A DNA stretch of 58,898 bases from an uncultured Pigmentiphaga sp. (GTDB lineage: Bacteria > Pseudomonadota > Gammaproteobacteria > Burkholderiales > Burkholderiaceae_B): contig CAZMVM010000001.1 in the NCBI GenBank assembly GCA_964569785.1, positions 901 through 59,798 of the forward strand, in the 5' to 3' direction. The number at the start of each line of letters is the position of its first letter. Positions within the stretch are counted from its first letter, which is position 1. The notes beneath the pieces were generated by a model. That model searched no databases. It was not told the DNA's origin and saw nothing but the letters and a program-made list of their open reading frames with translations. The position numbers and the translations under genes are program-made. This document shows, piece after piece, positions 50,031 through 58,898 of the stretch.

Positions 50031-51515
50031 TCACGCAGTGGTGCCGGCCTGCTGATCGTCGCGCGCCTGAGGATCGGAAGCGATGCTCAATTGGCCGAGT
50101 ATCAGTTGTGCCGCGCGAAAGCGCTCCTGTAACGCTGCGCGTTCTGTATCGAGTAAGTCAGCGCTGTCAGGAGCAACCAGCGAAACGACGCAACGGTTCT
50201 CGTGGATTTGTATGACAACCTCGATCAACCCCAGCTGCGGCAGCTCCAAGCGCAGGCGAGTCGACCAAGTGTCTTCGTCGGAGGGGGGAGGGGTAGCCGT
50301 TTGTTCTCGCGGCGCGAACACCTCCCAATCCATGGGGGCGTTGGGCCAGGCTTCTCCATGCCACGCAAAGCTGCCATTGGCCAACACGTCGAGTTGCTGG
50401 TGTACATAGGGCACCGCATCAGGATGCAAGCCTGCAAGCGGTGTGGCTGAAATGAACTGCCCCCCGCCGGCTAACGCCCGCGCCGGAGCGTCGGAAGACC
50501 CCGGCGCAGCGCTGGTCGACGCGCGCTGCCGTGTTTGCTCGCGCATGGCTCGATCAAGTGCCAAGTGGGCTTGGGGTTCGTAACGTAGGGTCGCAGGGCT
50601 GCGTTGACCAAAGGCAACTTCAGCTAGATGAGACTCGTAGAACGCACCGCTATAACTTAATGCTTCGGCCAACGACCGCGCCAGAGGAGCTGCTGGTCCG
50701 TTGAGTGCTGAGTACACCCGGGCCAGAGCGCCGCTGGCCTGCAATCCCCTGGTGCCAGCGGCGCGAGGGCCGCCCGCCCCGCTTGACGGGCCGCGCGCTG
50801 TCGCCGGTGCGCGGGTTGGATCAGAGCGGCTCAGGTCGGTGCGGTCGCTTCCGCTGAAAGCACGCCCCTCCCCGATGTCGCTTCCCCCTTGGTTGCTGCG
50901 GTGCGCAAGCGGCTGGCGGCCCGCCTGATCCTCAGCGCTCACTGGACTTGAACGGTGCACCGGTGCTCGCGCGGCGTCCTCACGATTGCGGTGCGCGTTC
51001 ACCACGCGCGGATAGCTCGTGTCGTCGTCGATACTGGGCGATGCGCGGCTTGAGGCACTCGGTGTATAGCCTGGGTTCGCTGATTCACGGCCCCGCGTCG
51101 CGGCGGGTCCGCCTGCTGTTGGCCGCAACAGTGGCTGTTTCCCTTGCGCGATGGGCGGCTTGTGATGCTGACTCAGCAGCAGTGCCAGCATCAACTTTCC
51201 GGTCTCGCTTAACTGAATTTGCGCCGAACGTGGCGTAAAGCCGGGCTGGTTGGGGGACACCTGGGCAGGTGCCGGGCGATGCGTAGATCGGGCGGCAATG
51301 TCGGTAGAGGCCCGCCCCTGGACGGTTGCACGTGCGCCCGGGGGCAGATGGGTATCCCGGATGGTGGTGGCCTGTCCGTGCAAGTGGGCGCTGGGCTCTA
51401 CGAGCGTCGAGCGTGCAACGTCGAGAAGCACCGGATGCTGTGCCAGGGTAGTGCCCAGCACGGCGTCCAGGCGCGTTGCCAGTAGTGTTCCCAGCGGGGA
51501 GGGGTGGTTACTCAC
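50031..51515 (-). CDS. FliK-like protein (C-terminal hook-length-control domain)
   Basis: SG.FYESHL, W.GE.WP...M.WE and W.TRL.L.LP.LG motifs after a long low-complexity region; GTG start coupled to the fliT stop. Confidence 0.8.
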   Translation of the reverse strand: MSNHPSPLGTLLATRLDAVLGTTLAQHPVLLDVARSTLVEPSAHLHGQATTIRDTHLPPGARATVQGRASTDIAARSTHRPAPAQVSPNQPGFTPRSAQIQLSETGKLMLALLLSQHHKPPIAQGKQPLLRPTAGGPAATRGRESANPGYTPSASSRASPSIDDDTSYPRVVNAHRNREDAARAPVHRSSPVSAEDQAGRQPLAHRSNQGGSDIGEGRAFSGSDRTDLSRSDPTRAPATARGPSSGAGGPRAAGTRGLQASGALARVYSALNGPAAPLARSLAEALSYSGAFYESHLAEVAFGQRSPATLRYEPQAHLALDRAMREQTRQRASTSAAPGSSDAPARALAGGGQFISATPLAGLHPDAVPYVHQQLDVLANGSFAWHGEAWPNAPMDWEVFAPREQTATPPPSDEDTWSTRLRLELPQLGLIEVVIQIHENRCVVSLVAPDSADLLDTERAALQERFRAAQLILGQLSIASDPQARDDQQAGTTA

Positions 51516-51859
51516 GTTTCAGCAGGTTGCGTCGGCTGGTAGGCCCGATCTACTTGCTTCTTGCGGTTCATCGCGCTAATGAGCTGCCCCAAGCGCTCGA
51601 GGCTGGGCATGATGAGGTCGCGCGTGGCGGCATCATTATGCAGAATGGTGAGCAGGAGCTCACACTTGATGGTGCGATCTTGATCGTTTAGCGGGCCTAT
51701 ATGATCAACCTTGCGAATTTCCTCAACGACTTGTAAGTATGTTTCATTCAGCTTGATAACCGAATCCCAGTCGGCGTCGCGTGCTCTTGCAAGCATGCTC
51801 GCGCTGACATCCGCTGCCTGGCGGTATAGCTGCAAAACGGGATTGTCGGGATTCGTCAT
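51512..51859 (-). CDS. fliT: Flagellar chaperone FliT
   Basis: S..ML..AR..DWD.V..L...Y and IL.NDA..RDL..P motifs; downstream of fliS. Confidence 0.92.
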   Translation of the reverse strand: MTNPDNPVLQLYRQAADVSASMLARARDADWDSVIKLNETYLQVVEEIRKVDHIGPLNDQDRTIKCELLLTILHNDAATRDLIMPSLERLGQLISAMNRKKQVDRAYQPTQPAET

Positions 51860-51972
51860 GATGGCGTCATAGTGGCTGGAACATTAACTGGCAACGCGGT
51901 TTGTAAATACATTCAAGCGTACTGGCAAAGGCGCACGGGTTGGATCTTTAACTTAAACCAAAAACAAACAGA

Positions 51973-52377
51973 TCAAGTGGATTGTTGCGCTGCCATTTGC
52001 GACCATGCGTCAGCCAGGTTCGCAAGCAGCTTGTCAGCCTCTTCGAGCCGGGCGGCGTCGGCATGCAAATTGGCCAATAGCAAGCACCGCTGGATGTAAT
52101 CGTACAGCGCATCCAGCTGAACGGCTACCTCTCCGCCTGCGTTGTGGTCTAACGACGCTCGCAACCCGTTTGTGACGATGTCGAGCGCCTTGGAAATAGC
52201 GAGCCCGCGCGCCTGAATATTGCCGTGATCAAGGTGGAGCCGGGCGCGCTTGATGGCAGCTCGGGCACCGTCGAATAACAAGGAGATCAACTGGACCGGT
52301 GACGCGGTTTCAACTTCAGTTTCCAAGCCTATGCGGGCATAGGCCTGGGCGCGACGTTGGTGCACAGAAGGAGTCAT
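51973..52377 (-). CDS. fliS: Flagellin chaperone FliS
   Basis: AY...G.E..V..ASP.QLI.LLFDGA, GL..SLD...GGE.A.QL..LYDY and DAW motifs. Confidence 0.97.
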   Translation of the reverse strand: MTPSVHQRRAQAYARIGLETEVETASPVQLISLLFDGARAAIKRARLHLDHGNIQARGLAISKALDIVTNGLRASLDHNAGGEVAVQLDALYDYIQRCLLLANLHADAARLEEADKLLANLADAWSQMAAQQST

Positions 52378-52487
52378 AGGAAACGGATTTCATCCATAAA
52401 GGGGCGGTTTAGAAGAAATGCAGGTTTCACCAGCATCGTCACGACTGACAAAACGACGTCAAAACATATGCGCGATGCAACGCGTGA

Positions 52488-53900
52488 TTACTTCATCGCC
52501 GCCTTGGCTTGGGCCGTCAGCATGTCAAGCTGCTGAGCCAGGTAAGAGCTGGTGGAATTCATTTGTGCCACTAAAGCGTCAAGCGCGATAAACTGCGCCT
52601 GATAGCGGGCCATGGCATCCTCGATGCGCCGTTCGACCCGGTCGAACTGCTTAGTGAGGTCGTCCAACGTTTTTTTGGTGCCTTGAGCGGCGTTATCGAT
52701 CAGGCCTTCAGTACGCAACATGGCTTCCGTTGCGTCGGTTACCCGCCGGGCAAATCCGGCTTCACTGCGGAAGAAATGATCGACGGCTTCCGGGTTTTCG
52801 TTCAGCAGCCGAGTGAGTTTTTCCGTGTCCAGTGTGAGCTCGCCGGTGCTGGGGTTGGTCGTAATGCCCAATTGCGACAGGGTGCCAATCTCGCCGTCAA
52901 TGCGGTAGCTCAAGAATTGCCGGGCCTGGGTTTGTACCGAACGCGCGACGCTGTCTCCCGTTAGGGCGCTGCTTTGTTGATTTTCGACGTTGTAGTTTGT
53001 CAACGAACGTAGGGTGGAGTGCAACGCGTTGTAGGCATTGACGAAACCCTGCACGGCGCTGATGGCCGGCGAGTTGTTCTTCGTAATCGTCACGGTGATG
53101 GGCTTGTCGGCGGCGGTAACGTCAGAGAGTTCGAGCGTGATGCCCTCGATCGCGTCTTTCACGGTATTGCCCGCGCTCTCGATCTGAATGCCATTGACCT
53201 TGATAATGGCATTACGTGCGGCCACCGTTTGGCTCACGGTGATGTCGAATGTCTCATCGCCGCGCAAGCCGTCACCGTAAACCATGAGCTCGTGCAGTGC
53301 TTCGTTGTCCTGCACCGCAATGCTCGTGATTTGGGCCCGAGTACCGGTCTCGTTGGCCGTCAGAACGAGCTGATACGGATTGCCCTCTTTGCCGTTGTTC
53401 ACGATCAGCGCACTGACCCCGATACCGGCCGCGTTGATGGCATTCCGGACCCCTTCAAGCGAGGTGTCGTTGCCCAGTTCTACGGTGTGGGTGATGCCAT
53501 CAATGACGATCTCGAGGGTCCCGCCACTGCCAATGGCTTCGTTCCGGGAGGCAACACCTTGAGTGGCCAAGCTTTGACGAATTGCCAGCTGCATCACGTC
53601 GATATCGTAGCTGCCCTCCAGAGCCAACGCTGCCTCGCTCACATTGGCGGTGACAACGTCAGGGCTACTTGACGTGGCCTTCATTGCACCGAAGCTGTTC
53701 GACTGGCTGAGCGACTTGGCCGCGTCTTGCAGTGACGCCACGGCGCTTTTCAAGGTTCCGTAAGCTGAAAGACGGGTTTCAAACGTTGCATAGCGCGACT
53801 TCAGCGCGCGCAACGGAGCCTCCTCTGCAGTACGCAGATTTTCCAGTAATTCGGCCAAGGGCAGGCCGGAACCGACGCCGATAGAAGAGATGGATGCCAT
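52488..53900 (-). CDS. fliD: Filament cap protein FliD
   Basis: MASISSIGVGSGL, LSAYG.LKS, FV.AYN, LSQLGI and RY.AQF.ALD...QMNST..YL.QQ motifs. Confidence 0.97.
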   Translation of the reverse strand: MASISSIGVGSGLPLAELLENLRTAEEAPLRALKSRYATFETRLSAYGTLKSAVASLQDAAKSLSQSNSFGAMKATSSSPDVVTANVSEAALALEGSYDIDVMQLAIRQSLATQGVASRNEAIGSGGTLEIVIDGITHTVELGNDTSLEGVRNAINAAGIGVSALIVNNGKEGNPYQLVLTANETGTRAQITSIAVQDNEALHELMVYGDGLRGDETFDITVSQTVAARNAIIKVNGIQIESAGNTVKDAIEGITLELSDVTAADKPITVTITKNNSPAISAVQGFVNAYNALHSTLRSLTNYNVENQQSSALTGDSVARSVQTQARQFLSYRIDGEIGTLSQLGITTNPSTGELTLDTEKLTRLLNENPEAVDHFFRSEAGFARRVTDATEAMLRTEGLIDNAAQGTKKTLDDLTKQFDRVERRIEDAMARYQAQFIALDALVAQMNSTSSYLAQQLDMLTAQAKAAMK

Positions 53901-53956
53901 GGGGTGTCCTAGGTTCGCAGTAAGTGGTGCCCAGAGGGGGCAATCGTTCTTAAGGT

Positions 53957-53983
53957 CTTACGGCAAAACGAGCCGAAACTTTA
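53957..53983 (-). promoter_or_regulatory. Sigma-28 promoter of fliDST
   Basis: Minus strand TAAA-N15-GCCGTAAG, 57 nt upstream of the fliD start. Confidence 0.8.
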
Positions 53984-54215
53984 GCGCGCCTTAGCTGGCG
54001 ACGACCGGCCTGTCCGTTGAACCAATGTGTCCGCACTATAGAGAAGACGCAAGATAGGCGGTCAAGGGCGGGGTTTCTACCTACGTCGGTACGAAGTTCG
54101 TTGACGCCGGTAGAAGGGGTCAGATAAAAGAAAGTAGTTCGGGCAAATGTAGGCTGACTCCCCGCCCGGGCACAGGACGCGGGTTTCCCGCTCAACCCCT
54201 TACAGGACGTCTGGC

Positions 54216-55157
54216 ATGCTCCCAGTTGAAGTGCGTGCGCGCAATGTGCGTCAGTGGCATGAGTTGGCCAACCAGTACTTTCTCGAGCTCGATTGCACCG
54301 CCGTGCGTCGTGACGCTTTTTACTGTAGCGCTCTGGTTTCACGCTTCAAGGACACCTTAGCCGCCGAGCTGCATGTCAGTGAATCGCGCGTCCATCGTCG
54401 TCGCGTGCGCGCCGAAAACAGCGTGACCCCCTACTTCAAGCTGTTCTGGCAGCTCAGCGGAGAAAGCCGTATCCGCCAAGGGCGTCGCGAAGCCGTGCTC
54501 ACTCGGGGGACGTGGTCGGTGTATGACACCAGCCGCGAGTACACAATCGAGTCCAGCGAGCAGTCGCGCGCGCTGGTGCTATTGGTACCCCAGCAGGCAA
54601 GCCGGACCTGGACTCCCGCGGTCCAGGCACTCGCTGGGTCCGCACTCCCGAGTCGCGGCATTGAGCGGATCGTGTTGTCCAGCCTGACGGCCTTGCTGCG
54701 TGAGCCTGAGCCGCTGGACGTCGACAGCCAGCAAGCGCTTCAGGACGCGACCTTGTCCCTGATCGAGCGCGCACTCTTGAACCGGGCACGCGAACTTCCC
54801 GACGCGTCATGCGCTCGCGCTGGCCTGACCCTGGAGCAAGTGCAGCGGCACATTCGAGAGCGGCTGGGTGACCCCGAACTCACGGTAGACTCCTTGGCAG
54901 GCGACCTGAGTGTATCGCGGCGCACCATCTACAACCTCTTTGCCGCCTCAGGGATGACGCCCCGCGCTTATATTCAACAAGCACGGCTGCGGCGTGCGCA
55001 GGAAATGCTGGAGGAAAAAACGTGGTCGGGTGCGCCGGTAGCGGACATCGCACAGTTCGCCGGGTTCGCAGACCCCGCTCACTTCAGCCGTGCGTTCGCG
55101 GCGCGATTTGGCATGCCCCCCGGGGTGTGGCGCGCTCGTCAGCTACGCGGCGCCTGA
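54216..55157 (+). CDS. AraC-family activator, FeaR-like
   Basis: N-terminal ligand domain (Q.GRE..L..G....YDTSR.Y) and C-terminal double HTH (L.DPEL....LA....VSRR.IY.LF; GF.D..HFSR.F...FG.PP). Confidence 0.9.
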   Translation: MLPVEVRARNVRQWHELANQYFLELDCTAVRRDAFYCSALVSRFKDTLAAELHVSESRVHRRRVRAENSVTPYFKLFWQLSGESRIRQGRREAVLTRGTWSVYDTSREYTIESSEQSRALVLLVPQQASRTWTPAVQALAGSALPSRGIERIVLSSLTALLREPEPLDVDSQQALQDATLSLIERALLNRARELPDASCARAGLTLEQVQRHIRERLGDPELTVDSLAGDLSVSRRTIYNLFAASGMTPRAYIQQARLRRAQEMLEEKTWSGAPVADIAQFAGFADPAHFSRAFAARFGMPPGVWRARQLRGA

Positions 55158-55173
55158 GGGGTTTCCCTAGTCG

Positions 55174-55236
55174 TGCACATTGGGGCAAGCGCGCTGCATA
55201 CAGGGTCAAGTGCAGCCGCATGCGCCTTGCTAGAGT
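55174..55236 (+). promoter_or_regulatory. AraC-type tandem binding sites and promoter of the aldehyde dehydrogenase operon
   Basis: TGCA-N8-CAAG direct repeats at 55174-55189 and 55195-55210 (21-bp period); TAGAGT -10-like hexamer at 55231-55236. Confidence 0.65.
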
Positions 55237-55307
55237 GCTCTCTTGTGACGATAAAGACCGGGTAGCCGGCTAGGCACCGCCCGTGATCATGAAGGGGAGA
55301 CACGACT

Positions 55308-56789
55308 ATGCCAGTGCTAGAACGCGCCCGTGCGGCGATTCGCGACCGCATGTTAATTGACGGTCAGTGGGTTGCCGCCCAGAACAACGAAACCTTTCAG
55401 GTTTACGACCCCGCGACAGGCACCGTCATCGCCAATGTTGCCCAAGCAAGCGAGGCCGATGTCGACAGCGCAGTGAAAGCCGCCCGACGCGCACTCGAGA
55501 ATTCGGCATGGACCACCATGACCCCGGCAGATCGTGAGCGCCTTTTATTGCGGCTTGCCGATCTGGTCGAAGCGCATGGGGAAGAGCTCGCAGCCTTGGA
55601 AACGTTGAACCAGGGCAAGTTGCTGGCCTGGTCGCAGGCGATCGAAGTCGGTGGCAGCGCACAGTGGCTGCGCTACATGGCGGGTTGGGCCACCAAAATC
55701 GAGGGGTCCACCTTCGATGTTTCCATTGCCTTTCCGCCTGGCACCCGCTACCGCGCATCCACTCAGCGCGTACCGGTCGGTGTCGTCGGTGCCATCGTGC
55801 CGTGGAATTTCCCGCTAGCGATGGCAGTGTGGAAGATCGCGCCAGCGCTTGCTTGCGGATGCACCCTGGTGCTGAAACCTGCTGAAGAAACCCCGCTGAC
55901 TGCCTTGCGCTTGGCTGAACTCGCACTCGAGGCAGGCATTCCTCCGGGAGTGTTCAACGTGGTCACGGGAGATGGTCCGACAACAGGGGCAGCGCTGGTG
56001 CGTCATCCTATGGTCGACAAAATAGCCTTCACGGGCTCCACCGAGGTGGGGCGCGAAATCGGCGCCCAGTGCGGACAGGATATTCGCCGCGTGTCCCTCG
56101 AGCTGGGCGGTAAAAGTCCAGTCATTGTGCTCGACGACATGGATGTGGAAACGGCGGTGCAAGGGGCTGCGGGCGCTATCTTTTTCAACCACGGGCAAGT
56201 GTGCACGGCCGGGTCGCGGCTTTACGTGTCGAACAAGCTTTACGACAAAGTGGTCGCGGGCGTTGCCGAAGCAGCCGAGTCTACGGTGCTGGGTTCAGGG
56301 TTCGATCATGACGCACAAATGGGCCCTCTCGTATCCGCACGCCATCAAGAGCGAGTGTTGGGCTACATAGAAAGTGCGCGGGCCGAAGGAGGCGAAATTG
56401 TTGCGGGTGGCGATCGTGGCGCCGACAAGGGTTATTTCGTTCGACCCACCGTTGTTGCCAATACCGACAAGAAGGCGCTCACCGTAGTCCGCGAAGAAGT
56501 GTTTGGCCCCGTGCTTGTCGCCATGCCATTCAGCGATTTCGACGAGGTCTTGCGTGAGGCAAACGACACCACGTACGGCCTGGGTGCTAGTGTTTGGACC
56601 AACCGGCTCGACTGGGCGCAACGGGCGGTCGACGCCTTGCAAGCGGGGACGGTATGGGTCAACACCCACAACATGGTCGATCCCAACATGCCATTTGGCG
56701 GATTCAAGCAGTCGGGGGTCGGACGCGAGCACGGGCGGGCCGCCATTGACGGCTACACAGAGTTGAAGTCTGTCTGTATTGCGTATTGA
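55308..56789 (+). CDS. NAD-dependent aldehyde dehydrogenase, phenylacetaldehyde dehydrogenase (FeaB/StyD)-like
   Basis: PWNFP, KPAEETP, FTGST, LELGGKSP, GQVCTAG and EEVFGP motifs. RY.AGWATKI.G.T..VS resembles the FeaB clade. Confidence 0.92.
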   Translation: MPVLERARAAIRDRMLIDGQWVAAQNNETFQVYDPATGTVIANVAQASEADVDSAVKAARRALENSAWTTMTPADRERLLLRLADLVEAHGEELAALETLNQGKLLAWSQAIEVGGSAQWLRYMAGWATKIEGSTFDVSIAFPPGTRYRASTQRVPVGVVGAIVPWNFPLAMAVWKIAPALACGCTLVLKPAEETPLTALRLAELALEAGIPPGVFNVVTGDGPTTGAALVRHPMVDKIAFTGSTEVGREIGAQCGQDIRRVSLELGGKSPVIVLDDMDVETAVQGAAGAIFFNHGQVCTAGSRLYVSNKLYDKVVAGVAEAAESTVLGSGFDHDAQMGPLVSARHQERVLGYIESARAEGGEIVAGGDRGADKGYFVRPTVVANTDKKALTVVREEVFGPVLVAMPFSDFDEVLREANDTTYGLGASVWTNRLDWAQRAVDALQAGTVWVNTHNMVDPNMPFGGFKQSGVGREHGRAAIDGYTELKSVCIAY

Positions 56790-56798
56790 CGAGGCATC

Positions 56799-57194
56799 AT
56801 GAAACAAGATCCCTACGAAGTTGGTCTGGGCATTCGCTATGAAATGTTCGGCAAAGACGTCACCGACCATCACATTGAAGCAACCAGTGAGTTCCTCCGT
56901 CCCATGCAAGACATGGTGACCCGCGATTGTTTTGGGACGGTGTGGGCGCAACCAGGGCTCGATCGGCGTATGCGCAGCTTCGCGACCGTAGCCATGCTCA
57001 TTGGCCTGGGGCGCTCGCACGAACTACGAATTCACGTTAAAGGCGCGATCAGTAACGGCGTCACAGTGGAAGAGCTCGGCGCGCTGATGCGCCATGCCGC
57101 GGTGTACTGTGGTGTGCCTGCTGCAGTGGAGGCATGGACAGTCACCGACGCGACGCTACGTGAACTCGGCTTGGTGAAAGAGGCGTCATCATGA
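56799..57194 (+). CDS. Carboxymuconolactone decarboxylase (CMD) family protein
   Basis: G...R..M.G, FG.VW..PGL.RR.RS..T.AML, EL..H..GA..NG.T..E and YCG.PA motifs. Confidence 0.92.
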   Translation: MKQDPYEVGLGIRYEMFGKDVTDHHIEATSEFLRPMQDMVTRDCFGTVWAQPGLDRRMRSFATVAMLIGLGRSHELRIHVKGAISNGVTVEELGALMRHAAVYCGVPAAVEAWTVTDATLRELGLVKEASS

Positions 57195-58081
57195 GCGACA
57201 CGCTGCGGGTGGCATTTATCGGGTTGGGCAACATGGGCGCCCCTATGGTGGCCAATCTGCGCAAGGCAGGGTTTCCCGTTAAAGTCTATGATCGCGACCC
57301 GGCCCGGATGGATTTGTTGGTGCAGCGCGACGGGGCAATCGCCTGCACCGACTGGCAGAGCCTGGCTCAAGGTACACACATCGTGATCACGATGCTGCCC
57401 ACCGGCGCCGATGTCGCTCATGTATTACTACACGACCGCGGTGGCTTAGCTGCACATTTGCAGTCGCATGCCGTAATCATCGATATGAGCTCATCCGAGC
57501 CATTAGGAACCCGTGCGCTGGCTCAACATTTGGCAGAACGTGGCTTGCCGTTCGTGGATGCCCCGGTTTCGGGGGCGGTTCCAGGCGCCATCGCGGGCAC
57601 GCTTTCTATCATGGCGGGCGCCGACGACCCCACCGCCATCGACCGGGTAATGCCCGTGTTCGAGGCCATGGGCAAGCGTGTATTCCGAACGGGCGCATCC
57701 GGCACGGGCCACGCCATGAAAGCCCTCAATAATTACGTAGCTGCCGCAGCGTATACGGCCACCGCCGAAGCGCTCATGATAGGCGCACGGTTTGGGCTCG
57801 ATGACAAACAAATGGTGGAGATCATTAACGCATCGACCGGCCGTAGTTTCAATAGCGAAGTCGTATTCGCCTCTCAGGTTGTCACCCGGCAATTCGAAAC
57901 GGGTTTCGCCATGGGCCTGATGACCAAAGACGTAGGCATTGCGAGTCAGCTGGGTGAAGCGTTGGACGTGAACGCACCCGTAAGCCGGCTCGTCGCCGAT
58001 CGATGGCAAGCCGCATGCGAAGCACGGGGGCCCGACAGCGACCAGTGTTCCGCCATGCTGGCCTGGGAGGCGGGGCATTAA
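57191..58081 (+). CDS. Beta-hydroxyacid dehydrogenase (3-hydroxyisobutyrate dehydrogenase family)
   Basis: FIGLGNMG.PM, ITMLP, IDMSS, DAPVSG and catalytic GHAMKALNN. ATGA overlap with the CMD gene. Confidence 0.93.
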   Translation: MSDTLRVAFIGLGNMGAPMVANLRKAGFPVKVYDRDPARMDLLVQRDGAIACTDWQSLAQGTHIVITMLPTGADVAHVLLHDRGGLAAHLQSHAVIIDMSSSEPLGTRALAQHLAERGLPFVDAPVSGAVPGAIAGTLSIMAGADDPTAIDRVMPVFEAMGKRVFRTGASGTGHAMKALNNYVAAAAYTATAEALMIGARFGLDDKQMVEIINASTGRSFNSEVVFASQVVTRQFETGFAMGLMTKDVGIASQLGEALDVNAPVSRLVADRWQAACEARGPDSDQCSAMLAWEAGH

Positions 58082-58207
58082 GGTCCGGCCGGCCTTCAGG
58101 CCTTCAGGTGTACTTAGCCTTGAAGAGTCAGCGTGTCGTGTATGGCCGCTGGTGAGGCGGCTACGCTGTGCTGACCCACGGCGGCCCTTCAATTAAAAGG
58201 ACTCACT

Positions 58208-58898
58208 ATGTCGATCACAACGGGGTTACCTCGAGTTGGCTTTATTGGGCTTGGGGTAATGGGTACACCCATGTCCACCCATTTAGCACGGGCAGGTTAT
58301 CCATTAACCGTATACGACCTAAGGTCAGAGCTGGCCTCTCGACTAGAGGCCGATCTAGACAACACAGTGGCTGCCTCATCGCCCGCAGAAGTAGCGAGCC
58401 AAAGCGACATTATCATTACCATGTTGCCCAACGGCGAGGTCGTGCGAGAAGTGCTGCACGGCGAAGACGGCCTGTTGGCGCAAGTGCAGCCTGGCGCTAT
58501 TTTGCTGGATACCTCATCGTCAGAACCCTGGTTGACCCAACAAAGCGCAGAAGAGTTAAAGGCGAAAGGCGCGAGCGTGGTGGATGCACCCGTGTCAGGA
58601 GCTCAGCACGGCGCGCAAACCGCGAGTCTGGTATTCATGGTGGGCGGAAGCGCGCAGGATGTCGAACGGGTAACACCGCTGTTAGAGTGCATGGGACGAG
58701 CAATCTTCCACTTGGGAGACGTAGGTGCTGGTCATGCCATGAAATGTTTAAACAATATGGTAACCGCCATGAACCTATTGGCATTGTCCGAGGGGTTAGC
58801 GGTCGGCATCCGATACGGCCTGGATCCTGCCCGCATGACGGATGTCATCAATGAATCGACCGGTGGTTCATGGGTAAGCAAAACCCACATTCACCAAC
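58208..58898 (+). CDS. Second beta-hydroxyacid dehydrogenase (3' end outside window; absent from the ORF track)
   Basis: Read by hand from ATG 58208: MSITTGLPRVGFIGLGVMGTPM...IIITMLPNG...LLDTSSSEP...DAPVSG...GHAMKCLNN. AAGGA RBS. Confidence 0.93.
   Translation, partial: MSITTGLPRVGFIGLGVMGTPMSTHLARAGYPLTVYDLRSELASRLEADLDNTVAASSPAEVASQSDIIITMLPNGEVVREVLHGEDGLLAQVQPGAILLDTSSSEPWLTQQSAEELKAKGASVVDAPVSGAQHGAQTASLVFMVGGSAQDVERVTPLLECMGRAIFHLGDVGAGHAMKCLNNMVTAMNLLALSEGLAVGIRYGLDPARMTDVINESTGGSWVSKTHIHQ

Noticed and set aside
58091-58108. GGCCTTCA tandem duplication
   Set aside because: Two copies of an 8-mer; too short to support a functional repeat or CRISPR call.
58168-58854. 228-aa Arg-rich ORF from the ORF track
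   Set aside because: Wrong frame; the real gene is the dehydrogenase starting at 58208, which runs off the window.
1-58898. Absence of fliC, fliA, flhDC, motAB, cheA and cheW
   Set aside because: The window starts inside cheR; these genes normally lie just upstream, so absence here is uninformative.

Overview
Chromosomal window from a betaproteobacterium, probably Alcaligenaceae/Bordetella-like (inferred from gene order and Bug-family periplasmic proteins). It holds most of a flagellar/chemotaxis supercluster: cheR(5'-partial)-cheD-cheB-cheY-cheZ-flhB-flhA, flgN-flgM-flgA, flgB-L, fliR-F, fliE, aer, a standalone FlhB C-terminal protein with a second FliK-like protein, and fliT-fliS-fliD. Three clean sigma-28 promoters are visible (flgM, flgK, fliD). 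flhA is frameshifted by an apparent 14-nt deletion between CTTTC microhomologies, while the other flagellar genes look intact. FlgE carries a ~100-aa extra domain bracketed by IPAQxxVPE repeats. Non-flagellar modules interrupt or flank the cluster: (i) a TTHB210-like His-rich secreted protein, a Tat cupredoxin and an ECF sigma factor with a Cys-containing tail and no adjacent anti-sigma, with a visible ECF-type promoter; (ii) VOC dioxygenase-IclR-MhpA-like monooxygenase, whose operator-like palindrome contains the fliR stop codon; (iii) FAD oxidoreductase-Bug-IclR; (iv) an SDR plus a ClC/TetR scar; (v) LysR-crotonase-Bug-BKACE; (vi) FeaR-like AraC-aldehyde dehydrogenase-CMD-two beta-hydroxyacid dehydrogenases. 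No rRNA, tRNA, CRISPR array or transposase was recognised. All calls come from motif recognition by eye; no searches were run.
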